A stretch of DNA of 64,000 bases from Rhodobacterales bacterium (lineage in GTDB: Bacteria > Pseudomonadota > Alphaproteobacteria > Rhodobacterales > Rhodobacteraceae), in assembly GCA_038246975.1 (NCBI GenBank), contig JBBRVJ010000001.1:3719-67718 (forward strand), given 5' to 3'. Shown piece by piece: positions 18,910-28,795 of the stretch. The notes under the pieces were generated by a model. The model saw only the letters and a program-made list of their open reading frames with translations. It made no database searches and was not told the DNA's origin. Numbering within the stretch: position 1 is the first letter of the stretch; each line of letters starts with the position of its first letter. The position numbers and the translations under genes were made by a program.

Positions 18910-20703
18910 TCAGAAACCTGGGTCAGCCGTCACATAACGGCCGGGGGCCGGGGTGGGGTCGGCAAGTGCGGAATCATCGGGCTGTCGCGCGGCAATCTGG
19001 GACCCGGACCGCGCCGCAAGCCAGTCTGCCCAGCGCGGCCACCAGCTTGCCTTGTGAAACTCTGCCACCGCTTTCCATTCCTCGGGCGTGGTCAGGGCAG
19101 TCGTGCTGGTATAATGGCCGTACTTGCCTTTGGCGGGTGGATTGACGATCCCCGCGATATGCCCGGACTGCGCGAGGATGAAGGTCTTGTCGCCCGATCC
19201 CATCTGCCGGACGCCGTTGAAACTGGCTTTCCACGGCGCGATGTGGTCGGTTTCGCAGGCAATCGCACAGACCGGCAGGGTGATGTCGGCCAGCGACGCC
19301 GTCTGACCCATAACCGGAAAAGTTCCTTTGGCAAAGCCGTCCTGCTGGCACAACCCGCGCAGATATTCGACCGCCATCCGGCCCGGCAGGTTGGTGCCGT
19401 CACCATTCCAATACAGCAGATCAAACGCGGGCGGCGCCTCGCCCAGCATGTAGCTGCGAATGGCGGGTTGGTAGATCAGGTCGTTGGACCGCAGAAAACT
19501 GAAGGTCCGCGACATGAAGGTTTTCGCCATGACGCCGTCCACCGCCACCTGCCGTTCGATCCCGTCGACAAAGTCGTTGTCAAGGAACACCCCCACTTCA
19601 CCCGAGTCCGAAAAATCGGTCATGGTGGTAAAGAAGGTGGCCGAAGCGACCGAAGTGTCACCCGCACGCTGCAAGTGCGAAAGCGTCAGACCCAAAGTTG
19701 TACCGGCAATGCAATAACCCACGACGTTGATCTGCGGCTGCGCCGTGGCGCGCCGCACCTCGGCCATCGCACGCAGAAAACCGTCGCGAATATAGTTGTC
19801 CATCCCGATCTGGGCATAGCTCGCATCCGGGTTGACCCACGAGACGACAAACAGGGTGAACCCCTGGTCGACAATCCACTTGATCAGACTGTTTTCCGGT
19901 TTCAGGTCCAGCACGTAGAACTTGTTGATCCAGGGCGGAAAGATCAGAAGGGGCAGAGTGTGCACCGTTTCGGTGGTCGGCGCATACTGGATCAGTTCAA
20001 AAAGAGAATTGCGATAGACCACCTGCCCCGGCGTAGTGGCAAGGTTTCGGCCGACCTGAAACGCAGATGGGTCGGCCAGCGTCACCGTCAATTCGCCCGC
20101 ATGCGCCTCGACGTCGCGCACCAGGTTCTCCAGCCCCTGCACCAGACTTTCGCCATCGGTCGCCACGGCCTTTTCCAGCGCGTCGGGGTTGGTCGCCAGA
20201 AAGTTGGTCGGCGCGAACATGTCGACGATCTGTCTGGTAAAATACTCGACCCGCTTGCGTTCGGCCGGGTCCAGCGTGTCAAGGTCGGTCAGGGCGGTCG
20301 AGACCGCCTCGGCGTTCAACTGGTATTGCTGCTTGAGGAAGTTGAACATCGGATGCGTGTCCCACAGCGGATTGGCGAATCGCCTGTCCTTGGGGCCGGG
20401 GTCGGCGGGGGCCTTGAACTCGCCGTGCAACAGGGGTTGCTGCGCTGCAACGTAATGGGTCAGCGTCTTGCCCCAGAAGCCGATCTGCTGTTCCAGAATC
20501 CGCGCGGGATTCTGCATCATTTCGGTCATATAGGCCGCCGTCGCCTTCAGATAAACCTCCTGGTTGGGGGCCGCCAGCGCCGAATCGGCGGGTTTGCGGG
20601 CGGCAAAGGCCCGGATCAGGCGGTCCGACAACTCTTCCATCCGGGCGATGTTGGCCTGCAGGATCAAAGCACGGGCCTTTGCCTGATTCTCTTTGGTTGT
20701 CAT
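18910..20703 (-). CDS. phaC: Class I poly(R)-hydroxyalkanoate synthase PhaC
   Basis: 597 aa with lipase-like box GYCIAG, typical PhaC N- and C-domains. Confidence 0.95.
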   Translation of the reverse strand: MTTKENQAKARALILQANIARMEELSDRLIRAFAARKPADSALAAPNQEVYLKATAAYMTEMMQNPARILEQQIGFWGKTLTHYVAAQQPLLHGEFKAPADPGPKDRRFANPLWDTHPMFNFLKQQYQLNAEAVSTALTDLDTLDPAERKRVEYFTRQIVDMFAPTNFLATNPDALEKAVATDGESLVQGLENLVRDVEAHAGELTVTLADPSAFQVGRNLATTPGQVVYRNSLFELIQYAPTTETVHTLPLLIFPPWINKFYVLDLKPENSLIKWIVDQGFTLFVVSWVNPDASYAQIGMDNYIRDGFLRAMAEVRRATAQPQINVVGYCIAGTTLGLTLSHLQRAGDTSVASATFFTTMTDFSDSGEVGVFLDNDFVDGIERQVAVDGVMAKTFMSRTFSFLRSNDLIYQPAIRSYMLGEAPPAFDLLYWNGDGTNLPGRMAVEYLRGLCQQDGFAKGTFPVMGQTASLADITLPVCAIACETDHIAPWKASFNGVRQMGSGDKTFILAQSGHIAGIVNPPAKGKYGHYTSTTALTTPEEWKAVAEFHKASWWPRWADWLAARSGSQIAARQPDDSALADPTPAPGRYVTADPGF

Positions 20704-20725
20704 GGTCGCGATACATCCCTATCCT

Positions 20726-20741
20726 TGCTGCAAGTGCAGCA
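20726..20741. promoter_or_regulatory. Perfect palindrome TGCTGCA-ag-TGCAGCA in the phaC/phaZ divergent promoter
   Basis: 7-bp perfect arms with the same TGCTGC/GCAGCA arms as the phaP-promoter sites, but with CTGC-N4-GCAG spacing. Confidence 0.35.
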
Positions 20742-20806
20742 TTGTGACGCCTGTTCCGGGGGCACGTCCCGCACGAGCCGCACGCCCAACCGGGCCGGGA
20801 GACACG

Positions 20807-22105
20807 ATGAAGTATATGTTGACCTACGACCTGATGGAAAGCATGCGCAACACCAATGCGCTGATGGGCGCTGCAGCGCGCACGATGGCATCCTATCCGG
20901 CCTTTGCGCTGTCGCTGAACCCGATGCTGCCGCTGATCGCTGCCTGGGGCTCTGTAACGGAGCGCAGCTTTGAACGGATGGTGGCGAAACCGGACTGGGG
21001 CATCCGGTCAATCGTCGGGCCAGACGGGCAGGACCATCTGGTCGACGTGCAGACCGTGGTCAGCAAACCGTTCGGCAGCCTGATCCGCTTTTTTGTCCGC
21101 CGCCGCCCGCCGACCGGGCGCACCGTGCTGCTGGTGGCCCCGATGTCGGGTCATTATGCCACGCTGTTGCGGTCGACGGTGTCGTCCCTGCTGCCCGACT
21201 GCGATGTCTATGTGACCGACTGGCACAACGCGCGCGACATTCCGGTGTCGGTGGGCAAGTTCGATATCGAGGATTACACGCTGTATCTGGTCGATTTCAT
21301 GCGGCACCTTGGCCCGGAAACCCATGTGATCGCCGTCTGCCAGCCTGCCCCGCTGGCACTTGCCGCGACTGCTTATCTGGCGGCAGAGGACCCCAAGGCC
21401 CAGCCGTGCAGTCTGACGCTGATCGGCGGACCGGTCGACCCCGATGCGGCGGCGACCGATGTGACCGACTTCGGCAGCCGCATCACGATGGGCCAGTTGG
21501 AACAGATCGCCGTGCAGCGCGTCGGGTTCAAGTACAAGGGGGTCGGGCGTCTGGTCTATCCGGGTCTGTTGCAGTTGCAGTCCTTCATCTCGATGAACGC
21601 CGAACGCCATTCCAAGGCGTTTTCCGAACAGATCCTGCGCGCCGCGCGGGGCGAGGCGTCGGATCACGATGCGCACAACCGGTTTTATGATGAATATCTT
21701 GCGGTGATGGACATGACGGCGGAGTTTTATCTGTCGACCGTCGAGCGCATCTTCAAGAACGGCGAAATTGCGAAGAACAGGTTCGTGGTGGGCGGCAAGC
21801 AGGTGGACATCGGGGCGATCACCGATGTGTCCGTGATGACGGTCGAAGGGGCCGAGGATGACATCTCTGCCCCTGGCCAATGCGTAGCGGCGCTTGCCCT
21901 GCTGTCCGGCCTTCCGGAAGCCAAGAAAGCCCATCATCTGGAACCGGGGGCGGGCCACTATGGCATCTTTGCCGGCAAAAGCTGGCGGTTGAACATCCGG
22001 CCGCTGGTGCTGGGGTTCATCGACCGGGCGTCGGGCGAGGGCAGGACGGCGAAGAAGCCGCCGGGCACGGCCAATGGCAAGATCAGCCTCGCCTCATCGC
22101 AGTAG
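20807..22105 (+). CDS. phaZ: Intracellular PHB depolymerase PhaZ
   Basis: MKYMLTYDLMESMRNTNALMGAAARTM...; PHB-depolymerase family sequence of about 430 aa, divergent from phaC. GGGAGA SD before the ATG at 20807. Confidence 0.85.
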   Translation: MKYMLTYDLMESMRNTNALMGAAARTMASYPAFALSLNPMLPLIAAWGSVTERSFERMVAKPDWGIRSIVGPDGQDHLVDVQTVVSKPFGSLIRFFVRRRPPTGRTVLLVAPMSGHYATLLRSTVSSLLPDCDVYVTDWHNARDIPVSVGKFDIEDYTLYLVDFMRHLGPETHVIAVCQPAPLALAATAYLAAEDPKAQPCSLTLIGGPVDPDAAATDVTDFGSRITMGQLEQIAVQRVGFKYKGVGRLVYPGLLQLQSFISMNAERHSKAFSEQILRAARGEASDHDAHNRFYDEYLAVMDMTAEFYLSTVERIFKNGEIAKNRFVVGGKQVDIGAITDVSVMTVEGAEDDISAPGQCVAALALLSGLPEAKKAHHLEPGAGHYGIFAGKSWRLNIRPLVLGFIDRASGEGRTAKKPPGTANGKISLASSQ

Positions 22106-22154
22106 GGCCGGGCTGCAACCCCGATCATCGCGCGGACCCCACCGTCGCGCGCGA

Positions 22155-22865
22155 TTAGCGCAAGAGCATCGGCCCGTTCAGGAAAGCGTCAAGCGCGGCG
22201 GTTACCGCCTCGGGTTGCTCCAATGACGGCAGATGGCCTGCGTCGGGGATGGTCTGCATCTTGCCGAACGGCATCAGCCCCGCGGTAAATTCCTGCCTTC
22301 GCAACGGCACCAGCGTGTCCAGCGCCCCTGCCAGGATCAGCGCGGGGATTTTCACCTTGCGCATGGTTTTTTGCTGATCCGGTCTGCGCTGCAAGGCGCG
22401 CGATTGGCGCAGGAACACGCCCTCGCCCAGACCCAGCGCCATGTCGCGCACCAAGGCCAGAACGTCCTCGCGCCACGGGCTGCAGGCCAAAGCGGTGGCG
22501 GGGATTTCTTCGCGCATCGCCTCGGCCAGTCGCCCCGACCGCGCGGCCACGATCCGCGCTTCACGCGCTGCGGCCGCCTGTGGTGGTTCGGCCAGCGGGT
22601 CGGTCGCCATCAGAACCACCCGCGTCACCCGGTCCGGCGCGCGGCGCACCACGTCCAGCGCGACCTCACCGCCCAAGCCATGGCCGATCAGCGCGAACTT
22701 GGCCGGGGCCGAGGCCAGCACGAACGCGCTCAACGCCTCGACCGTGTCGGCTTGGGTCACCAAGCTGACCTGCATCGCCCGCGCCGCCCCCAAAGCCACG
22801 ATCTGCGGCAGGAACAGGCGCGCATCGGCCATCAGACCGGGGATCAGGACCAGCGGTTCGTGCAT
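22155..22865 (-). CDS. Alpha/beta-hydrolase-fold protein with Gly at the nucleophile position (GHGLGG)
   Basis: 236 aa. The fold motifs are present (LIPGLMAD..., DAGHLPSLE), but the elbow reads LIGHGLGGEVAL instead of G-x-S-x-G. Confidence 0.8.
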   Translation of the reverse strand: MHEPLVLIPGLMADARLFLPQIVALGAARAMQVSLVTQADTVEALSAFVLASAPAKFALIGHGLGGEVALDVVRRAPDRVTRVVLMATDPLAEPPQAAAAREARIVAARSGRLAEAMREEIPATALACSPWREDVLALVRDMALGLGEGVFLRQSRALQRRPDQQKTMRKVKIPALILAGALDTLVPLRRQEFTAGLMPFGKMQTIPDAGHLPSLEQPEAVTAALDAFLNGPMLLR

Positions 22866-23846
22866 CTAAAGGCCAATCGCCCAGTCCAGAATCAGCGCCA
22901 CCACAGGCTCGGTCTGACCCGGCGACAGGATATCGCCTGCAATCACATGGGAGTATGCATCATCCCCCGCCGTCATCTCGCGCAGCGCCTCGGTCGTGGG
23001 GCCGCCCCAGGCCTTGGCGACCGGAGAAATCGCTGCAGGATCAACCACCTGATCCGCCAGCGCATAGATCAACAGCGCGGGCATCCTGGCCACGGAATAG
23101 TCCAGCCCCCGCGCATGGGCGGCCGTTGCGGCCAGCGGGAACAGCGCCGTGGTCGGATAAGACGTCGTCCAGTATTTCGCCTGTTCGGCATTGGCGGGCG
23201 CAAAGCTGCGGGTCGCACCCGCCACAACCGGGGCCCACCACCGCGCCAAGGGCAAGTCCAGCAGGAACGCCGCCGGGCTGTTCAGCGCAAAGTTGGGGCT
23301 GATCATCACTACCCCGGCCAAGTCCTTGGACAGTACCGGGTCCGTCGCCGCAATCGCCGCCAGTGTAGCCCCGGTCGAGGTAGAGATGATCAGCACCCGC
23401 TCGCCGATCCGCCGCCCCACCGCCATCGCCTCGGCCACATCCTCGATCCAGTCACCCGCCACGGGTTCAGCCATCGCGGCACTTCCCCGGCCGTGCCCCG
23501 CAAGCCGGGTGAAGAACAGGTTCGCGCCCAACACCTTGGCGACCTCGTCCGGCACCGGGCGAATTTCTTCGGACGTCGCCGAAAAGCCGTGCAGGTAAAC
23601 CACCGCCAGCGGGGTCTTTGCCCCTTTGGCTCCGGCCCAGATCACCCGCTTGGCAACCCCCGGCACGATATCGGGATAAGCCGCTTCGCGCGCGGCAAGC
23701 CACGCATCCACATCCGCCCCGACCGATGCGTCGTCGAACGCAATCGCCCGGTCCACCGGTTCGCGCGGCGCGAACAGCCAGACGGCAAGGCCCACCCCGA
23801 CCAGCGCCAACAGAACCCGCCCGACCCACTTGCCCGCAGCCCGCAT
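22866..23846 (-). CDS. Membrane-anchored alpha/beta hydrolase (lysophospholipase-like)
   Basis: MRAAGKWVGRVLLALVGVGLAVWLF TM anchor; VYLHGFSATSEE; elbow ISTSTGA. Its stop abuts the next gene's ATG, and its own ATG overlaps the upstream stop (TGATG). Confidence 0.75.
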   Translation of the reverse strand: MRAAGKWVGRVLLALVGVGLAVWLFAPREPVDRAIAFDDASVGADVDAWLAAREAAYPDIVPGVAKRVIWAGAKGAKTPLAVVYLHGFSATSEEIRPVPDEVAKVLGANLFFTRLAGHGRGSAAMAEPVAGDWIEDVAEAMAVGRRIGERVLIISTSTGATLAAIAATDPVLSKDLAGVVMISPNFALNSPAAFLLDLPLARWWAPVVAGATRSFAPANAEQAKYWTTSYPTTALFPLAATAAHARGLDYSVARMPALLIYALADQVVDPAAISPVAKAWGGPTTEALREMTAGDDAYSHVIAGDILSPGQTEPVVALILDWAIGL

Positions 23847-24589
23847 CACACGCCCCCCGAAACCTGTTCCACCGCCTGCCCGATCATCGCCAGACACGCC
23901 GCACTTGAAAAGCGGTGATCCGCGCCCTTGACCAGTGTCAGCCGAATATCCGACCCTGTCGCATGGTCGAGCAGCCGCAACGCCCGTTCCATCGGCACAT
24001 CCACATCTGCCGTGCCCTGCAACATCCTGACCGGAAACGGCAAGGCCAGCGGCGCGCGCAGCACCAGATGCCGCCGCCCATCTTCAATCAGTCGCCGGGT
24101 GATCCGGTAGGGCGCGCCATAATCAGAGGGCAGATCGACAAACCCGCCCGCCAGCGTCGACTTCTGCGCGTTGGAAAACCCGGCCCACATGCTGTCTTCG
24201 GTGAAATCGGGTGCAGCAGCTATCGTCACCAGCCCCGCCACCCGGTCCGGCATGGCGCGGGCCAGCAGCAACGCGATCCAGCCGCCCATGGATGACCCGA
24301 CCAGAACCTGCGGCCCGGTGCACAACGCCAGCACCGCCAAAGCGTCCTGAACCCAGTCCCCAATGCACCCGTCCTCGAACGCGCCGCCCGACCCGCCATG
24401 CCCCGAATAGTCGAACCGCAAGAACGCGCGGCCCTGCGCCTGCGCCCAGTCGGCCAGAAACATCGCCTTGGTGCCGCCCATGTCGGATTTGAACCCGCCC
24501 AGAAACATCACCCCAGGACCCGCGCCTGCGGTCTGATGATAGGCAATCCGGCGGCCCTGCGGCGTGGTCAAATGATGCGGCTTGGCCAT
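23846..24589 (-). CDS. Alpha/beta hydrolase
   Basis: Only the C-terminal 247 aa of track ORF 23846..26503 is credible: MAKPHHLTTPQGRRIAYHQTAG...VGSSMGGWIALLLA...GADHRF. The remainder of that ORF is antisense to thrS. Confidence 0.8.
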   Translation of the reverse strand: MAKPHHLTTPQGRRIAYHQTAGAGPGVMFLGGFKSDMGGTKAMFLADWAQAQGRAFLRFDYSGHGGSGGAFEDGCIGDWVQDALAVLALCTGPQVLVGSSMGGWIALLLARAMPDRVAGLVTIAAAPDFTEDSMWAGFSNAQKSTLAGGFVDLPSDYGAPYRITRRLIEDGRRHLVLRAPLALPFPVRMLQGTADVDVPMERALRLLDHATGSDIRLTLVKGADHRFSSAACLAMIGQAVEQVSGGV

Positions 24590-24718
24590 GATGCCCCCCC
24601 CTTTGGCCCCCGCTATACCGAGCCCATGTTGACAAGACCATGGCCGCAACGCAGAACTCCGCCCACATAACCCGCAACCGGGCGTTTCGTAGACGCCAAA
24701 CCGACGAGGATGCCTTTG

Positions 24719-26680
24719 ATGGCCCAGATCACTCTGACATTTCCCGATGGCAACCAGCGCAGCTATGCGGCGGGCACGACGTCGGCCGAGGTTGCCGCCT
24801 CCATCGCCCCCGGTCTGGCGAAAAAGGCCATCTCCGCCAGCATAAACGGCGCGCATTACGACCTTGCATGGCCGATCCCCACCGATGCGAAAATCGCCAT
24901 CAACACGCTGGCCGATGACGCCGCAGCCTTGGAACTGATCCGCCACGACTGCGCCCACATCATGGCCCGCGCCGTGCAGGATATCTGGCCGGATGCACGC
25001 GTCACCATCGGCCCGGTACGCGACTACGGCTGGTTCTATGACTTCGACCGGGCCGAGCCGTTCACCCCCGAAGACCTTGGCCAGATCGAGGCGCGGATGA
25101 AGCAGATCATCAACGCCCGTGATCCGGTGCGCACCGAGGTTTGGGACCGCGCCCGCGCCATCGCCTATTACGAACAGCGCGGCGAGCCGTACAAGCTGGA
25201 ACTCATCGCCCGCATTCCCGAGGATCAGGATTTGCGAATGTACTGGCACGGCCCTTGGCAGGATCTGTGCCGGGGCCCGCATCTGCAACACACGGGCCAA
25301 GTTCCCGCAGATGGCTTCAAGCTGACGTCGATTGCCGGGGCCTATTGGCTTGGGGATTCCACGCGCCCCATGCTGCAACGCATCTACGGCATCGCCTTCA
25401 GAAACCGTGACGACCTCAAGGCGCACATGACCATGCTGGAGGAGGCCGCCAAACGCGACCATCGCAAGCTTGGCCGCGAAATGGACCTGTTCCACATGCA
25501 GGAAGAGGCACCGGGGCAGATTTTCTGGCACCCCAACGGCTGGAACATCTATGTGGCGCTGCAAGACTACATGCGCCGCCGACAGCGCGCCGATGGCTAT
25601 GTCGAGGTGAACACGCCGCAAGTGGTGAACCGCAAGCTGTGGGAGGCGTCGGGCCACTGGGACAACTATCGCGAACACATGTTCCTCGTCGAAGTCGACG
25701 AAGAAGGCGCGCGGGAAAAGGTGATCAACGCGCTCAAGCCGATGAACTGCCCTTGCCACGTGCAGATCTTCAATGTCGGGCTGAAATCCTACCGCGATCT
25801 GCCGATCCGCATGGCCGAATTCGGCTCTTGCGCGCGTTATGAACCCTCGGGGGCGTTGCACGGCATCATGCGGGTGCGCGGGTTCACCCAGGACGACGCG
25901 CATATCTTCTGCACGTTGGAACAGGTGGAAGCAGAGTCTAAAAAATTCATCGAGTTTCTGGCGCGGGTCTATGCCGACCTCGGGTTCGACAAATGGCGCG
26001 TGAAACTGTCGACGCGACCGGAAAAGCGCGTGGGCAGCGACGAGATGTGGGACCGGATGGAAGCAGCCCTTGCCAACGCCTGCAGCGCCGCCGGGCACGC
26101 CTTTACCATCTTCCCCGGCGAAGGTGCGTTTTACGCGCCCAAGCTGGAATTCGTACTGACCGACGCGATCGGGCGCGACTGGCAATGCGGCACGCTGCAA
26201 CTGGACCCCAACCTGCCGGAACGGCTGGGCGCGCAGTTTGTCGGCGAAGATGGCGCACGTCATACGCCTTTCATGCTGCACCGCGCCTGTCTGGGCAGTT
26301 TCGAGCGGTTCATCGGCATCCTGATCGAAAGCTTTGCGGGCAAACTGCCGTTCTGGATCGCCCCGCGCCAGATCGTCGTCGCCTCCATCGTGTCGGACGC
26401 CGACCCCTTTGTGCGCGAAGTCGTCGAAACCCTGCGCGCGCGCGGACTGCGGGCAGAGGCGGATGTTCGCAACGAAAAGATCAACTACAAGGTCCGCGAA
26501 CACTCGGTCGGCAAGGTTCCGGTGATCCTTGCCATCGGCATGAAGGAGGTCGCAGATCGGACAGTGTCGATCCGCCGTTTGGGTGAAACAATAACCCAGA
26601 CGATTTCGTTACAGGCCATGGTCGACGAATTGGTGGCCGAAGGCATTCCGCCCGACCTGCGCGGCCCGGCAACGCTTTGA
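24719..26680 (+). CDS. thrS: Threonine--tRNA ligase
   Basis: TGS domain at the N-terminus ([16 protein letters not shown]), a class II core and an anticodon-binding domain. The ATG at 24719 has a GAGGA SD at correct spacing. Confidence 0.95.
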   Translation: MAQITLTFPDGNQRSYAAGTTSAEVAASIAPGLAKKAISASINGAHYDLAWPIPTDAKIAINTLADDAAALELIRHDCAHIMARAVQDIWPDARVTIGPVRDYGWFYDFDRAEPFTPEDLGQIEARMKQIINARDPVRTEVWDRARAIAYYEQRGEPYKLELIARIPEDQDLRMYWHGPWQDLCRGPHLQHTGQVPADGFKLTSIAGAYWLGDSTRPMLQRIYGIAFRNRDDLKAHMTMLEEAAKRDHRKLGREMDLFHMQEEAPGQIFWHPNGWNIYVALQDYMRRRQRADGYVEVNTPQVVNRKLWEASGHWDNYREHMFLVEVDEEGAREKVINALKPMNCPCHVQIFNVGLKSYRDLPIRMAEFGSCARYEPSGALHGIMRVRGFTQDDAHIFCTLEQVEAESKKFIEFLARVYADLGFDKWRVKLSTRPEKRVGSDEMWDRMEAALANACSAAGHAFTIFPGEGAFYAPKLEFVLTDAIGRDWQCGTLQLDPNLPERLGAQFVGEDGARHTPFMLHRACLGSFERFIGILIESFAGKLPFWIAPRQIVVASIVSDADPFVREVVETLRARGLRAEADVRNEKINYKVREHSVGKVPVILAIGMKEVADRTVSIRRLGETITQTISLQAMVDELVAEGIPPDLRGPATL

Positions 26681-26876
26681 TTGCAGAACCAAAAATGCTG
26701 GGCCCTCCGGCGCGATTGAAATTTTCGTGATCGACATGTCGAGGAGCATGATTGTTTCACCCGGTCACAGCCCTGTGGGCCTCTGCCGCCAGCGTTGAGC
26801 GATGACAGAAGCCTGCGCTACATTCCCATCATCGCAACAAAAGCGATCCAGACACCCCAACAAAGAGGAAATCCAC

Positions 26877-27164
26877 ATGTCCATCCATCTGAAATCCTTC
26901 GCCGTCGCCGGCGCTTTCGCAGCGGCCTTGTCGGCTGTCGCCGTCCCTGCTTCGGCCGCCGGAAACGAAAAGTGCTTTGGCGTGGCGCTGGCCGGCAAGA
27001 ACGACTGTGCTGCCGGTGCAGGCACCACCTGCGCTGGCACCTCGAAGGTCGATTATCAGGGTGACGCCTGGAAACTGGTCCCGGCCGGTACCTGCGTCAC
27101 GATGGAAAAGGACGGCGGCCGTACGGGCTCGCTGACCGCGCTCGACCGTGATCTCAAGTCCTGA
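26877..27164 (+). CDS. bufA: DUF2282-family secreted Cys-containing peptide (bufferin-type RiPP precursor, BufA-like)
   Basis: 95 aa. Signal peptide [27 protein letters not shown], then [46 protein letters not shown], with 4 Cys in the DUF2282 pattern. AGAGGA SD. Confidence 0.8.
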   Translation: MSIHLKSFAVAGAFAAALSAVAVPASAAGNEKCFGVALAGKNDCAAGAGTTCAGTSKVDYQGDAWKLVPAGTCVTMEKDGGRTGSLTALDRDLKS

Positions 27165-27221
27165 TCTAAACTGCCCCTCCGGCCCCGGGCCGGGGGGGCA
27201 CCTCCCCAAAGGAGCCGCACG

Positions 27222-28070
27222 ATGTTCGACGCCGCCCGCCTCACCCTGCCCAACCTCCCCGGCGTCGGCTACAAACCGCAACATTTTTCGGCAATCCTTG
27301 CCAACGCGGCCCCGGTCGGCTGGCTCGAGATTCACGCCGAAAACTACATGGGCGGCGGCGGGCGGCCTTTGGCCCAACTGCGCCATCTGGCCGAGCGGTT
27401 TGCGATCTCGGTGCATGGCGTGGGTCTGTCGATCGGCGGCGAGGGGCCGCTGGACCAAGACCACCTGAACCGTCTGAAAACCCTGTGCGACTGGCTGCAA
27501 CCGGCCAGCTTTTCCGAACATCTGGCATGGTCCACCCATGACGGCGCGTTTCTGAACGACCTGCTGCCGCTGCCTTACACCGCCGACACACTGACTACCG
27601 TCTGCGATCACATCGACCATGTGCAGACTACGCTGGGCCGCCGGATGCTGCTGGAAAACCCGTCCAGCTATCTGGCCTTTGCCGAGACCGAGATGGACGA
27701 AGTGACGTTCCTGCGCGCCATTACCCGCCGCACGGGCTGCGGTCTGCTGCTGGACGTGAACAACGTCTATGTCTCGGCGATCAATCAGCAAACTGACGCC
27801 AACGCTTATATCGACGCCTTCCCGCTGGACGCTGTGGGAGAGGTCCACCTTGGCGGCCATGACGAGGATGTCGGCGACCATGGGCTGCCCCTGCTGATCG
27901 ATAGCCATGGTGCCGCCATCGTCAATCCGGTCTGGGCGCTTTATGTCCACACCATCGCACGGGGCGGGCCGAAACCGACGCTGATCGAATGGGACAACGA
28001 CGTGCCCGACTGGCCGGTTCTGGCAGCGGAAGCCGCCCGCGCTGCGGCCATATTGGAACAGGTCGCATGA
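27222..28070 (+). CDS. bufB: DUF692 / MbnB-like multinuclear non-haem iron oxidase (MNIO), BufB-like
   Basis: 282 aa; [13 protein letters not shown]...[14 protein letters not shown]...[11 protein letters not shown]...EHLAWS is typical DUF692. AAGGAG SD. Confidence 0.85.
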   Translation: MFDAARLTLPNLPGVGYKPQHFSAILANAAPVGWLEIHAENYMGGGGRPLAQLRHLAERFAISVHGVGLSIGGEGPLDQDHLNRLKTLCDWLQPASFSEHLAWSTHDGAFLNDLLPLPYTADTLTTVCDHIDHVQTTLGRRMLLENPSSYLAFAETEMDEVTFLRAITRRTGCGLLLDVNNVYVSAINQQTDANAYIDAFPLDAVGEVHLGGHDEDVGDHGLPLLIDSHGAAIVNPVWALYVHTIARGGPKPTLIEWDNDVPDWPVLAAEAARAAAILEQVA

Positions 28071-28795
28071 CCCAGTCCAGCTTTGCCGCAGCCCTGCTGA
28101 ACCCCGATGCCGCGACGCCGGCGAACCTGATCGACCCGCAAGGCCGCCCCGCGCCCAAGCGCTTCTCGGTCTACCGCAACAACGTGACCTCTGGCCTGAT
28201 CCGCGCGCTGGAGGCTGGGTTTCCTGTGATCCGCAAACTGGTGGGGCCGGAATTTTTTGCCGCACTGGCCCTGACCCACCTGCGCGCCCATCCGCCACGC
28301 AGCCGGATTATGATGCTGTATGGCGATGACTTCCCCGCGTTTCTGGCGGGGTTTCCGCCCGTGGCCCACCTGCCCTATCTGGCCGATGTGGCGCGTCTGG
28401 AACTGGCGATCCGCCACAGCTATCACAGCGCCGACGCGGCCCCCATCGACCCGGCGGCGCTGTCGGTGCCCGAGGACCGCTTGCTGAACAGCCGCCTGTT
28501 TCTGGCCCCGTCGCTGCGGCTGATCCGCTCGCCTTGGCCGATCCACGCGATCTGGCAGGCCAACACGAACAATGGCCCCGCCCCACAGCCCGCCGCCGAG
28601 GATGTGGTGATCCTGCGCGCCGGATTCGAACCCGCCCCCCACCTGCTGCCTCCCGGTGGGGCTGCGTTTCTGCAAGCGATCCTTGCGGGCCGGACGCTGG
28701 CCGAAGCATTGGCCGCAAGCCCTGACAGGTTCGATCTGACGGCTGTGTTGGCGCTGCTGTTGTCCACCCAATCACTGACGGGAATAACCAAATGA
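28067..28795 (+). CDS. bufC: DUF2063-family MNIO partner protein, BufC-like
   Basis: The ATG overlaps the bufB stop (ATGA). [33 protein letters not shown] is the characteristic DUF2063 N-terminal motif. 242 aa. Confidence 0.8.
   Translation: MTQSSFAAALLNPDAATPANLIDPQGRPAPKRFSVYRNNVTSGLIRALEAGFPVIRKLVGPEFFAALALTHLRAHPPRSRIMMLYGDDFPAFLAGFPPVAHLPYLADVARLELAIRHSYHSADAAPIDPAALSVPEDRLLNSRLFLAPSLRLIRSPWPIHAIWQANTNNGPAPQPAAEDVVILRAGFEPAPHLLPPGGAAFLQAILAGRTLAEALAASPDRFDLTAVLALLLSTQSLTGITK

Noticed and set aside
18823-20973. 716-aa plus-strand ORF
   Set aside because: Antisense to phaC, whose identity is unambiguous. Its Arg/Gly/His-rich composition is typical of GC-rich antisense frames.
24590-26503. 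N-terminal about 640 aa of the 885-aa minus-strand ORF 23846..26503
   Set aside because: This part is antisense to thrS. Only the C-terminal 247 aa (from MAKPHH at 24589) looks like a real alpha/beta hydrolase.
26681-26876. ECF-sigma (SigF-like) promoter or metal-regulator operator upstream of bufA
   Set aside because: I found no convincing -35/-10 ECF pair. A small CACAG-cc-CTGTG inverted repeat (26766-26777) exists, but it is short and matches no known motif.
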